Below are positions 18,193 through 27,432 of a stretch of DNA of 51,422 bases, piece by piece. The position numbers and the translations under genes were made by a program. A model generated the notes under the pieces. That model was not told the DNA's origin and made no database searches. It saw only the letters and a program-made list of their open reading frames with translations. The stretch is from an uncultured bacterium (lineage in GTDB: Bacteria; SAR324; NAC60-12): positions 1 to 51,422 of the forward strand of contig CBFIJD010000020.1 of the NCBI GenBank assembly GCA_965662845.1, given 5' to 3'. Numbering within the stretch: position 1 is the stretch's first letter; every line of letters begins with the position of its first letter.

Positions 18193-18570
18193 TCAGTGCT
18201 CTTCAAATGGACGATCTGCGGGGACAGAGCGAGGCACAAACTGGGGCAACGGCGCCTCCTCAGGAGCTTCCTCTAGTTGGGGAGCGCGTCCTGAGCACGT
18301 GATCTGAATCGTGCGCGGCGTGTAGATGCCGAAGGTCGCGACGCTGAGCAGCCCCTGCTCAAGGGAGCTGAACACATGTGCTTCATAGAGCTGGCCTTCG
18401 GCACAGTGCAGCGGGGCTTCAACCGAGGCTTCGCCAATCTGGCCCCAGAGCCAATATTTGGCTTCCAACTGATGTTGTCGCTCTGAGGGAGTTTCGGCAG
18501 GATAGTGCATGCGCGCGTGACATCCGCCTAACAGCAACAAGGCTCCGAACCCTAATACGTACGTTTTCAT
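18193..18570 (-). CDS. Bor/Iss-family lipoprotein
   Basis: Lipobox LGGC; YWLWG...C...GLLSVATFGIYTPRTIQITC. Confidence 0.75.
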   Translation of the reverse strand: MKTYVLGFGALLLLGGCHARMHYPAETPSERQHQLEAKYWLWGQIGEASVEAPLHCAEGQLYEAHVFSSLEQGLLSVATFGIYTPRTIQITCSGRAPQLEEAPEEAPLPQFVPRSVPADRPFEEH

Positions 18571-18583
18571 AGCTGCTAACGAA

Positions 18584-19048
18584 TTAGATTTGCCAAAATT
18601 GAGACTCTTGGAGCACTTGGCCACGGTACAACAGCCGGCCCGCAAAGTTGGAGTCTTCGAAGATGAGGGGCGTAAACAAACGATCCCCCTCCCACATCGG
18701 CAGGTTGCTCAGCTCCTCCCGCGGAATCCACGCCAGAGTACCTTCGGGGCAATCGGCGCGCAAGGAGCCCTCCCAGCGGGAAGCGTAGAACACAAACACA
18801 TGCCACTCGTCTCCAAAGGGAGAGTCTCCTAAGTCTGGAAACGTGAGCATCCCTCTCAGACGAGTCTCTTGAATTCTCAGGCCGGTCTCTTCCTCCACTT
18901 CGCGAAGCGCCGCCTCCAAGGGGGACTCATTCGGCTCCACTTTTCCGCCTGGAGCGAGCCATAAACCTTGATGCTCGTCGCGTTTTTGGCGATGAATCAT
19001 GAGCACCTGCTGCTCTTGCTCAAGATAAACTAATACTCCTAACCGCAT
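18584..19048 (-). CDS. Nudix hydrolase, 8-oxo-dGTP diphosphatase (MutX/MTH1-like)
   Basis: Nudix box GGKVEPNESPLEAALREVEEETGL; EGTLAW, LPMWEGD. Confidence 0.9.
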   Translation of the reverse strand: MRLGVLVYLEQEQQVLMIHRQKRDEHQGLWLAPGGKVEPNESPLEAALREVEEETGLRIQETRLRGMLTFPDLGDSPFGDEWHVFVFYASRWEGSLRADCPEGTLAWIPREELSNLPMWEGDRLFTPLIFEDSNFAGRLLYRGQVLQESQFWQI

Positions 19049-19062
19049 CCTGCCCTGTTGCT

Positions 19063-20100
19063 ATGGAAAAAAATTTAAAGCTCTCTAACGACGAAATTCA
19101 CGCGCTCTTGCAGGGCCTGCCCGTTAGTCAATCCGCAGTGGAAGAAAGCGATGACATCGTCCCCTACGACCTGTCACGAAAGAACCGCATCATCCGCGGA
19201 CATCTCCCTGGGCTGGATTCGGTGCACGACCGCTTCGCCCAAAACTTACAACAGACGTTGTCCACCCACCTGCGCAAGTCCTTTCGCATCACTCGACGCG
19301 CCACAGAGCTGGTGAACTATAGCGATTTCATTGAAGGCGCAGGCTATCCATCTTCGCTCACGCTCTTTCATCTTGCCCCGCTGCGGGGAACCGCCCTGCT
19401 CAACTTCGAGCAGCGCCTGATTCACAGCTTCATTGATCTCATGTTCGGCGGCGATGGGCGCCTTCAAGTCCGTGATGTCGAGCGAGACTTTACTCGGATT
19501 GAGTATCAAGTCATCACAAAAATCGTCCACAGCGCGCTGATCGACTTGCGCACAGCCTGGAAACCACTTGTGCCGCTGAAAATTCGTTTTGAACGCACCG
19601 AGACCAATCCCCGTTTGGTGCAGATTGTGTCTGATGATGAGATCGTCGTCGCCACGACCTTTGACGTCGAACTCAACCGCATCCCAATGACCATGAGCGT
19701 GTGTGTGCCTTATCTCTTGCTCGACCCGATTCGCTCACGCTTGGCCGGCGGCGCTGTCAACGCTGGAGCCGAAGTGAGCCCTGTCAATCGCGCTCGTCTG
19801 GAAGCTCATTTGCGGAAGTCTGCGGTCGAAGTGCGCTTCCCCTTGGGCAACGCCCGCTTGTCGCTACGCAAGTTTCTAAGCCTGCAAGTCGGCGATCACC
19901 TGGTGCTGGATCAGCCCAAAGACGGCCCCCTCAATGGCTATGTGCAAAATGTGCTCAAATTTAAGGGATTTCAGGGAGCTTACAAAGGACAGCGCGCCAT
20001 TCGCATCCAAGATGTAGTCCAACCAACGGCTCAACACAAAGACGAGTTCGACCTGCCCGAAGCCCCCGAGTCCACAGAGTCGCCCGAGAAGACCTCATAA
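19063..20100 (+). CDS. fliM: Flagellar motor switch protein FliM
   Basis: LSNDEIHALL CheY-binding peptide, PYD, DLMFGGDG, RDFTRIE, ETNP, C-terminal SpoA LQVGD. Confidence 0.93.
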   Translation: MEKNLKLSNDEIHALLQGLPVSQSAVEESDDIVPYDLSRKNRIIRGHLPGLDSVHDRFAQNLQQTLSTHLRKSFRITRRATELVNYSDFIEGAGYPSSLTLFHLAPLRGTALLNFEQRLIHSFIDLMFGGDGRLQVRDVERDFTRIEYQVITKIVHSALIDLRTAWKPLVPLKIRFERTETNPRLVQIVSDDEIVVATTFDVELNRIPMTMSVCVPYLLLDPIRSRLAGGAVNAGAEVSPVNRARLEAHLRKSAVEVRFPLGNARLSLRKFLSLQVGDHLVLDQPKDGPLNGYVQNVLKFKGFQGAYKGQRAIRIQDVVQPTAQHKDEFDLPEAPESTESPEKTS

Positions 20101-20102
20101 GC

Positions 20103-20492
20103 TCACTTCTTCGCGTTCTTGCGGGGGCGACCGCGCTTCTCGGCGACTTTCACCGGCTTAGCCACGCTCTTTTGTCCATCTCGACGATGCCCGATCAAAG
20201 CAACTCCCTGTTCTCGACTTTTGTCCACGCGCAGGCGCAAATCCTTCCCTGTGCGAAAGACGGGCAACCGCTTGGGCGACACCAACACGGTCTCTCCAGT
20301 GCGGGGATTACGACCGTGATACGACTCATAATGCTTCAGGGAAAATGAACCAAACCCTCGAATTTCAACCTTGTCGCCGGTCGCTAACGCCTCTTTGATC
20401 GAATCAAAAAACACTCGCACCACCTTGTCGGTCACCTTCGCATTGTAACCGGTTTGTTCGGCGAGCTTATCTATCATTTGCGACTTATTCAT
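20103..20492 (-). CDS. ihfB: Integration host factor beta-like protein with C-terminal AT-hook
   Basis: MNKSQMI, GDKVEIRGFGSF, GRNPRTGE, FRTGKDLR; tail KRGRPRK. Confidence 0.8.
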   Translation of the reverse strand: MNKSQMIDKLAEQTGYNAKVTDKVVRVFFDSIKEALATGDKVEIRGFGSFSLKHYESYHGRNPRTGETVLVSPKRLPVFRTGKDLRLRVDKSREQGVALIGHRRDGQKSVAKPVKVAEKRGRPRKNAKK

Positions 20493-20713
20493 GGGGGCGT
20501 CCGCAGGTAGGAAAAGCTGTTGTCAGAAAATTGTTGCCGCCAAACTAAGTGAATCTGTCAAAATTGCAAGCAGTTGATTCAAAAGAGGATTTTAACTTCA
20601 GCACAGATTTGCGTCACGAATTCTATGGAGTCGGTGCGTCAGTTTCTTGCATACTCGCTTGGCTCTGAACCCATCCTGCAACCTTGACCTGATGCCTTAC
20701 CTCACAAAGCAAC

Positions 20714-21958
20714 ATGCCTGATCCCTTGTGGAATTTTGCCCCACCTCCTGAGAGTCCCCTCACAGACCACGCCGTTCCCCAGACCGGAAATCGCCTGGAA
20801 CATCGACGCATCGCCTTACTGCTCACGGGCAGCATCGCCGCCTATCGCGCTCCGGATTTAGTCCGCGACTTACGCCGACAAGGAGCCGATGTGTATGTGA
20901 TTGCAACCCAAGATGCCTTGCGCTATGTCGCCCGCGAAGCGCTAGAGTGGACATCGCTGCACCCTGTCTACACGGATTTCAGCGCCGACGCGGAACATCT
21001 CAGCGATCACGCCCCCTATGACGCGTTTTTGCTGGCTCCGGCCACCTATAACGTCCTCAACAAATTTGCTCTCGGCATCGCCGACGATCTGCTCACGTCG
21101 ATGCTCTCTTCGGCTTTAGGGCGCCACACCCGCGACGGCACCCCCATCCTCACCGTGCCAACGATGCATGGCACGATGCACAATGCCATCCTCACCGAGA
21201 CGCTCCAGCGCTTACATCAACTGGGCGTTACAGTTTTGCCGCCCAGACAAGAAAACGGGAAAAACAATCTGCCCGCGAACGAAGTTCTGGTCGCCCATGT
21301 CATCCGCGCCCTCTCCGAAGCCAGCCTGCGGGGTCGCAAGCTGCTACTCACCGGCGGCCCCACTCCCGTGCGCCTTGACAACGTGCGTTTGCTGACCAAT
21401 CGTTTCACCGGCGGGCTCGCGATTGAAATTGCTCGCGAAGCTTGGTTTCAACAAGCGCATGTTCACCTCATCTTAGGGCAAGGCAGCCTCCCCACACCCC
21501 CTTACCTGCCAGCAGAACGCGTCCCAGACTATGACGCCTATCGAGCCCAAGTAAACGCAGCCTTGACTCACTTTCACCCCGAAACCGCCATTTTCAGCGC
21601 GGCGGTGGCTGATTACAAACCCGCTGTTGTCTTTGACGGCAAACTCCCCAGCGGTCGCAACTGGACGCTGAAGCTGGAGCCCACTCCCAAAGTCATTCAA
21701 GAAGTCCGTGACGCCCACCCCCACTTACGCATGGTCACTTTCAAATACGAAGAACACCGCACTCACGAAGAACTCATGCACATCGCTCGCGAACGCGCCC
21801 AGCGCTATCAACTCGTCGTCGCCAACCGAGGCGAAGAATTTCTGGAAGCCGGAGACCAAGTCGCTTGGATCGTCGAAGGCGACACTCCTGCAGAACGCAT
21901 CGTCGGTAAACCTCAAATCGCACAGGCGCTCTTACGTCGCGTCGCCGCGTGGAACTAA
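20714..21958 (+). CDS. coaBC: Phosphopantothenoylcysteine decarboxylase/synthase
   Basis: TGSIAAY, APAT.N..K.A.GIADDLL, TGGPT..LDNVR.LTN..TG, AAVADY. Confidence 0.9.
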   Translation: MPDPLWNFAPPPESPLTDHAVPQTGNRLEHRRIALLLTGSIAAYRAPDLVRDLRRQGADVYVIATQDALRYVAREALEWTSLHPVYTDFSADAEHLSDHAPYDAFLLAPATYNVLNKFALGIADDLLTSMLSSALGRHTRDGTPILTVPTMHGTMHNAILTETLQRLHQLGVTVLPPRQENGKNNLPANEVLVAHVIRALSEASLRGRKLLLTGGPTPVRLDNVRLLTNRFTGGLAIEIAREAWFQQAHVHLILGQGSLPTPPYLPAERVPDYDAYRAQVNAALTHFHPETAIFSAAVADYKPAVVFDGKLPSGRNWTLKLEPTPKVIQEVRDAHPHLRMVTFKYEEHRTHEELMHIARERAQRYQLVVANRGEEFLEAGDQVAWIVEGDTPAERIVGKPQIAQALLRRVAAWN

Positions 21959-21962
21959 GCTC

Positions 21963-22760
21963 ATGGCAGTCTCTAACGCACCGATTCGCTATTCCAAGTG
22001 GCGCCCCATTGGGGTTTGCGACGACGCCATTGACAGCAAACGCAAAGCGCAGATGTTCTCTCGGGACGATCTCGAGAAAGTGTTGGCCCCCGGCATTGGG
22101 CGTGACAACTGGGAAGAGTCTCCTGAGCTTCGGAAACTGATCGAACGCTACGCGAAAGACGTCGCCAAAATGTCTTCCCGTGCCCAAGGCATGAAAAATC
22201 CGCGCGTCAAGTCCGTCAAGTTGCTAGGCATGGAGCTGCACCTGTCCCTCACGCCAGATCTCAACCGAGAGTCGGTCCAAGGCCAAGTGCAGATGTTTGA
22301 GGTCTCTTTTGAAGAAGCGCCCCCCTTCACCATTCCTAAACAAGCGATCTTGTGGACGGCGCTCGGTAGCTTGCTGCTGATCGCGCTCGGGGTCGTGGGC
22401 GCCATGCTCCTTCCAGAGAAGGAGAACTCGGCGAAAGTGGCAGAGAAGAGGGACGTGTTGTGTGGGACAGGGAGAGCTTCGTTGGTCTACGAACAGCACA
22501 TCCAGCAAGTGCAGCGTGAACTCGAAGCTTATGCGCGCTCAGCGCCAGCGACTGGAGGCGTAAGCTTCCGGAGCGCTTGCGAAGCCGGAGGCCGCTCTGT
22601 GCCCGAAATGGAAGCTCAATTGCTCAAATGTGTGCTGCAGCTCAATCGCACCGACCGCGTGTTTGAAACCTCGCGGACCGCCGAGAGAGCGACCTTCTGT
22701 GCGGCAAAAATCTGCGATCACGAAGATCGAATGCTACAGACATACTGTCGACAATTGTGA
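21963..22760 (+). CDS. Hypothetical bitopic membrane protein with Cys-rich C-terminal domain
   Basis: ATG 4 nt after the coaBC stop; one TM segment; six Cys after the TM. Confidence 0.65.
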   Translation: MAVSNAPIRYSKWRPIGVCDDAIDSKRKAQMFSRDDLEKVLAPGIGRDNWEESPELRKLIERYAKDVAKMSSRAQGMKNPRVKSVKLLGMELHLSLTPDLNRESVQGQVQMFEVSFEEAPPFTIPKQAILWTALGSLLLIALGVVGAMLLPEKENSAKVAEKRDVLCGTGRASLVYEQHIQQVQRELEAYARSAPATGGVSFRSACEAGGRSVPEMEAQLLKCVLQLNRTDRVFETSRTAERATFCAAKICDHEDRMLQTYCRQL

Positions 22761-22763
22761 GGA

Positions 22764-24164
22764 CTAGCTGGGAGGAGCTTCCAGCTGCTCCCGCATTCTC
22801 TGGTAATAGCGCAGCTGATAACGCAGATCTCCGATGAAGCCCCGCAGACCATCTGAGAGGAGGCGGTCATACGCGGCTTCCTCTCGCAAAAACTCCAACA
22901 GCTCTTGCATTTCATCTTCTTGCGCTGTCGTCTCTGGGATTAACTTGCGATCTAAGAATGAGAGCAGCTCGCGAAGTTGGCCATCCGTTTTGCGGAATAA
23001 GCCCAAAATATATTCGTGAAACTCCTGCTGGCTGCGCACTTCAAAAACAAACTCTTCCGAGCGCGTGACGTTGGGCCCCGAGAAGGTGTCCGTGTCATGC
23101 ACCTCAATCCAAGCCGTCACATTGTCTCCTGCCCGCAGCGGTGTCGCGGAAAGCTCCCACTGATAGCTCTCTTCATAGCTCGCAAAGTCCCCCTCAAACG
23201 ACTGAATGATCTCGCGCGTGACCGCGCCGTCATTTTCATTCCGATAATACAACAGAACTTGGCGCAGCCCGTGGTCGTCACTCGCAGATAGCTCAATCGT
23301 CAAACGCGACAAATCGAAGATGTATTTGTCCAGCGGCCACAGCACCATCACCTCTGGGGCCTGATCAGGGATCACATCAATCGCGACACTTTGCTGACGC
23401 CACGCCAAGAACAAGGTCCCTGTCTCTCGTGGCGTCAACGCTGCGCGGACTCGTTGCTGTTGAGCAACCCACTGCAAAGGGGTCTCGTCTCCTTGAATCG
23501 AACGAAACACACTGGCGTCCTCTGCAGGCAGCGTCTCTTCTAAGTAGATCTCTAACCGGCTTCCATCGGGCAGCCGAAGCTGCTCTGGGAGGGCTGAGTA
23601 AACATCTGAGTCGCGCTTCAGATAAGACGGGTAGAGCACGCGATAAGAGTGAGGGATTTGCAGCAAAGCAGGATCAGGGCGACGCTCTCCTGCACCTTGC
23701 TGTGGGAGCCACCAACCGCCAATCCACACAACCAGCATCAACGACGCAGCGACTCCGGCTAGCCTTCGCCATGAGGGCAACGCGTGAACCTGTCGCTCCA
23801 AGCGCTGGGCAAGCTCCTGATTGAAGCGCGCCTGTAAGAACTGTTGTGTGGGAGAGGCGTCCACGCTTTGGTCAAGCTCTAGCGCCGTGTGAAGTTGTTC
23901 AGCGAGGGAGGGGTCAGTGCGGTATAGCTCGCGTAGGCAGCGTGCCGGACGATAGAGCAACCAACTCCCCAAGGCACAGCTCGCCAAGGAGAGTAATGTG
24001 AGCGCAAAGAAGACGGGGAAAGACAACGGCGAGGGCTGCGTCGCCAGCAAGACAAGAAGCGCGACGGCGACACCGCTTACGCATCGCCCCCACATGTGGA
24101 GACGCAGGCGCAAGCAATACGTGCGGAACCAGCGTTGAGCAGATCCCGCGGCGAATTCAGACAT
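22764..24164 (-). CDS. Membrane protein, DUF4175-like
   Basis: Three TM segments; YP.Y; IPDQAPEV; ASDDHGL; GPNVTRSE. Confidence 0.6.
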   Translation of the reverse strand: MSEFAAGSAQRWFRTYCLRLRLHMWGRCVSGVAVALLVLLATQPSPLSFPVFFALTLLSLASCALGSWLLYRPARCLRELYRTDPSLAEQLHTALELDQSVDASPTQQFLQARFNQELAQRLERQVHALPSWRRLAGVAASLMLVVWIGGWWLPQQGAGERRPDPALLQIPHSYRVLYPSYLKRDSDVYSALPEQLRLPDGSRLEIYLEETLPAEDASVFRSIQGDETPLQWVAQQQRVRAALTPRETGTLFLAWRQQSVAIDVIPDQAPEVMVLWPLDKYIFDLSRLTIELSASDDHGLRQVLLYYRNENDGAVTREIIQSFEGDFASYEESYQWELSATPLRAGDNVTAWIEVHDTDTFSGPNVTRSEEFVFEVRSQQEFHEYILGLFRKTDGQLRELLSFLDRKLIPETTAQEDEMQELLEFLREEAAYDRLLSDGLRGFIGDLRYQLRYYQRMREQLEAPPS

Positions 24165-24167
24165 GGG

Positions 24168-24395
24168 CTAGTTCATGAGTTTCGAACTTTCTAGCAGATC
24201 CGCCAAATCATCCAGCATGTGGGCAAAGACATGAGTTGCGTAGTCAATTTTGGTGTCCTTGTCCAAAAAGTTGGTTTCTAACGATTCGGCGAGTTCCATG
24301 ATGGCTTCCGTCACCTGCTGCTCGAAGCGACTACAATTTTCAAAGCCAACCAGAGGGTGAAACTGCTCCAGAGTTTGTTCGGCAGGTTGGGTCAT
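24168..24395 (-). CDS. Small acidic hypothetical protein
   Basis: AAGGAG RBS; stop 3 nt before the next start. Confidence 0.7.
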   Translation of the reverse strand: MTQPAEQTLEQFHPLVGFENCSRFEQQVTEAIMELAESLETNFLDKDTKIDYATHVFAHMLDDLADLLESSKLMN

Positions 24396-24557
24396 TGGGC
24401 AACTCCTTTGGTTAAAAGCGGAACATGATCATCACGCAGTCACAAGCTAGTAACATGCTATTAGGCGCACACGGCGGAACGGTGCTGAACTTGCTTCGTG
24501 AAAAATTCTAATCCATACCCCGACTATCGACCGTTCAACCCTAAACTTTAGAGAAAA

Positions 24558-24905
24558 ATGCGAACGCTGTTGATTTTAGCTTGGGTCTCTCTCGCGAGCA
24601 GCGCCCTCGCCCAAGAATTCGCCACAGACCGCATCTACAAACAACATTACGACCGCTCCGAATGCCTCGCGCGCGTCGAGCGTCAAATCGAACAAATGAA
24701 GCGCGGCATGCTCAACACAGGCACCGCCCAACACGAAGTCTATCTCAATCGCCAAGCACGCACCCAAGCAGACGCGCGCCTCCCCCTCTCTGCCGGCCAA
24801 CAGCAGCGGCTCCTCAATCCTGCGCGTCCGCAGTCAGAGTCCTCGGCTGAAATGACGCTCGGCATGATGGAGCGTTTTGACACAATGCGTAGAAATTGTC
24901 GGTAG
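24558..24905 (+). CDS. Secreted hypothetical protein
   Basis: Signal peptide ending SALA; two Cys. Confidence 0.6.
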   Translation: MRTLLILAWVSLASSALAQEFATDRIYKQHYDRSECLARVERQIEQMKRGMLNTGTAQHEVYLNRQARTQADARLPLSAGQQQRLLNPARPQSESSAEMTLGMMERFDTMRRNCR

Positions 24906-24966
24906 AAGCAGCAGCAGGCGGAGCGTTCCCCGCTCTTTGAGCAGGGAAGCAGCAGGTAGGGAAAGG

Positions 24967-27432
24967 TCAGGAAGTGCGGCGTTGCCAGATCATCGCGTGC
25001 GAGACGATGTATTGGAACTTGCGGGCGTGTTCGCGAATGACGAGCGGCATGTCTGCTTCGTGCAGGAGTTCGAAGTCTTCGCCCATGATCTGGCAGAGCG
25101 TCTCGCGGGCGCGGACGGGCTGACCGTTCTTCTCAAAGCCTCCTAGCCAGACCTCACGCGGCGTGTATTCTTCCATCCATGTGTAAGGCGAGACGATCAC
25201 CGCCAAACCTCCGGGGCGCACCAGCCCACGTGGGCCACCGAGTCGTCCTAAGCAGGCTTTGGGGCTCGGTAGGCGACAGAGCAGGTTCGCGAGCAACACC
25301 GCGTCGTAATCCACCAGCTCTGGCGGCAACGCGCAGGCGTCTGCTTGACGGAAGCGCACGCGCTGACGGTCGATGCCGGTGTCAATCGCCGCGACGACTT
25401 TCTCTGCCAGCTCACCTTCATCACGGCGCATGAACGGCAGAATGCCTTCCTTCTGAAGTTGCTGCGCAGTTTCAATGAAGGAGCGGCTCAAGTCTAACGC
25501 CACAACGTCTTCAAACGCTCGCGCCAGCTCAAATGCCGCACCGCCCACCGCGCAGCCGATGTCCACCACGCGCTCCGTGCGCACGCCCTGCTTGCGGCAC
25601 CACTCGGTCAACAGCTGCGCACAACGCTGTGGAAAGTTCAGTGCGTCTTTGGGACCAAAGCCGTACGGCATGTTGTCCTCCGCGCTACCGTAGTGCAGCA
25701 ACAGATACTCGCTGAGGATCTTGGATGATTCATAGGTGTTGCTGTGGTGCTTGCGATTCTCGCTCAGGCGGATCGCGTCGCAGGCAGGGTTGCCGTCAGT
25801 GTTGCGCGCCATGCGAAACCCCGCGTGCTGGAAGAAGTGCGGGCGGAAGTGAAAGCGCGACCACAAGCTCGCTTCATCCCCCGTGCTGATGAAGGAGCCA
25901 CCGAGGATCATGTTGTGCTGGCCATCAAAACAAGGCGTGCTGAAGTCATCGTAGAGGTCGTGCACCTGAAAGCCTTCCAGCGGGTGAAAGTCATCCTCAC
26001 ACCACTCCCACACATTCCCGAACACATCCTGAAAATCCGAGCCGCTAGAGAGCGCGTTCACGGGTGACGGCGAGCCGCAGGCGAGGTTCATATTGAAACC
26101 GTAGCGCTCCATCATCTCGTGTCCCGACGCGTTCATGACCGGGTCGCACTTTGGATCGCGGGCGTCCCCACGCATCGTTGCCTGGCGCATGCGCTGATGT
26201 TCGCCTTCTGTGATCAAGCGATAAGGCACGTTCTCGCCGGCTTGCTCGGCTCTCCAAGCGCAGTAGGCTTTGGCTTCGTGGAAGTTGACTTCTACCGGCC
26301 ACGACCACGGCATGGGCACAATGTGAAAGAGCGTGCGCAGTTTGTACTGGTGTAGGTTCTGCGGACCATCGGTGACCCAATATGTCGGCCACTTGGCGTT
26401 GCGGAAGCGCCGCCACTTCCAGCCTTCTTCCGTCCAATACTTCTCTTCCCGATAGCCGCCTGAAGTCACAAACTCGTGGAACTCACCGTTCGTCACTTGA
26501 AACTGTGTCGCGGTGAAAGGGCGGACGTTGCGCGTCACACTCTGTCCATACTCATTATCCCAGCCATAGCTTGGCCAATCTCTCGGTTTGCCGAGAACCA
26601 CCTCTCCAGCGGAGAGCTTACGCCACTCGTTGCTCGGGAAGTCGCGCCCAGCTTGCGGCTGGAACACATCTTTCGCGGGAACAGACGCGTGATCTGCGGG
26701 CCACGGCTCTGGGTGACGCAGCAGGGTGACCGGCATTTCGCGCATCAACACCGAAGACGTCTCCAAGTGAATGCGCTCGTGCTCGAAGCCCATGAACAGC
26801 GCCCAGAGCGGGTGGCGCATTGTGATCGGCGCGTGACCGTCTGCGAGGTCAGGGTGCTCTTCGATCAGTCTGCGCACTTGCTGATACACCGTACGGCGAT
26901 ACGCGTTGACTTCACGCACCGAAGGCCACGTCATCTCATTTTTCGAGAGGTCATCCCATGACATTTCGTCAACACCAGTCTCAAAGAGCTGCTCATAGAA
27001 GGGCTTGATCGGCTCTCCTAGGAGTCCTGCGAGACGGAGCTTGTTCACGTAGAGCACAGCGGGGTGACAGTAGTAAAAGATGAGCGGGTGACGCAGCTGA
27101 TGATATGGCGGCAGCAGGAACGCGGCTTCGCCTTGGAGCGCGGAGAAGAGCGTCTCGGTGAGCGCCCAGGAGTTGTCAAAGTAGTCGAGGACTTGTTGGC
27201 GGGTGAAAGTGCTCAGATTGGGTTGCGGCAGTGAAGAGAGAACTCCGGCGTCATTTACGCCTGGGCAGGTGTTCGGTTCCGGCTTTTGGCCAGTCCACCA
27301 CCAATCTGAGCGAACTCCATACAGTTCAGGGTCGTCTTGAGAGATGCGCTGCTGGATCGGAGCCAACCAAGCTTCGGCGCTCGCGGTGGTTTGTAGGTCA
27401 AGGTTGGGATTTCGGGTGGCTGTATTTTCCAT
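24967..27432 (-). CDS. ovoA: 5-histidylcysteine sulfoxide synthase / methyltransferase (ovothiol biosynthesis)
   Basis: LRHPLIFY, GVDEMSWDDL, HERIHLETSSVL (HX3HXE iron site), FGE-like GNVWEW, LYDDFSTPCFD, C-terminal SAM-MT VDIGCAVGG. Confidence 0.95.
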   Translation of the reverse strand: MENTATRNPNLDLQTTASAEAWLAPIQQRISQDDPELYGVRSDWWWTGQKPEPNTCPGVNDAGVLSSLPQPNLSTFTRQQVLDYFDNSWALTETLFSALQGEAAFLLPPYHQLRHPLIFYYCHPAVLYVNKLRLAGLLGEPIKPFYEQLFETGVDEMSWDDLSKNEMTWPSVREVNAYRRTVYQQVRRLIEEHPDLADGHAPITMRHPLWALFMGFEHERIHLETSSVLMREMPVTLLRHPEPWPADHASVPAKDVFQPQAGRDFPSNEWRKLSAGEVVLGKPRDWPSYGWDNEYGQSVTRNVRPFTATQFQVTNGEFHEFVTSGGYREEKYWTEEGWKWRRFRNAKWPTYWVTDGPQNLHQYKLRTLFHIVPMPWSWPVEVNFHEAKAYCAWRAEQAGENVPYRLITEGEHQRMRQATMRGDARDPKCDPVMNASGHEMMERYGFNMNLACGSPSPVNALSSGSDFQDVFGNVWEWCEDDFHPLEGFQVHDLYDDFSTPCFDGQHNMILGGSFISTGDEASLWSRFHFRPHFFQHAGFRMARNTDGNPACDAIRLSENRKHHSNTYESSKILSEYLLLHYGSAEDNMPYGFGPKDALNFPQRCAQLLTEWCRKQGVRTERVVDIGCAVGGAAFELARAFEDVVALDLSRSFIETAQQLQKEGILPFMRRDEGELAEKVVAAIDTGIDRQRVRFRQADACALPPELVDYDAVLLANLLCRLPSPKACLGRLGGPRGLVRPGGLAVIVSPYTWMEEYTPREVWLGGFEKNGQPVRARETLCQIMGEDFELLHEADMPLVIREHARKFQYIVSHAMIWQRRTS

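Noticed and set aside
24967..27432. Selenium variant (ovoselenol/selenoneine) or ergothioneine EgtB pathway
   Set aside because: No selenophosphate synthetase or selenosugar synthase nearby; motifs and C-terminal methyltransferase fit OvoA
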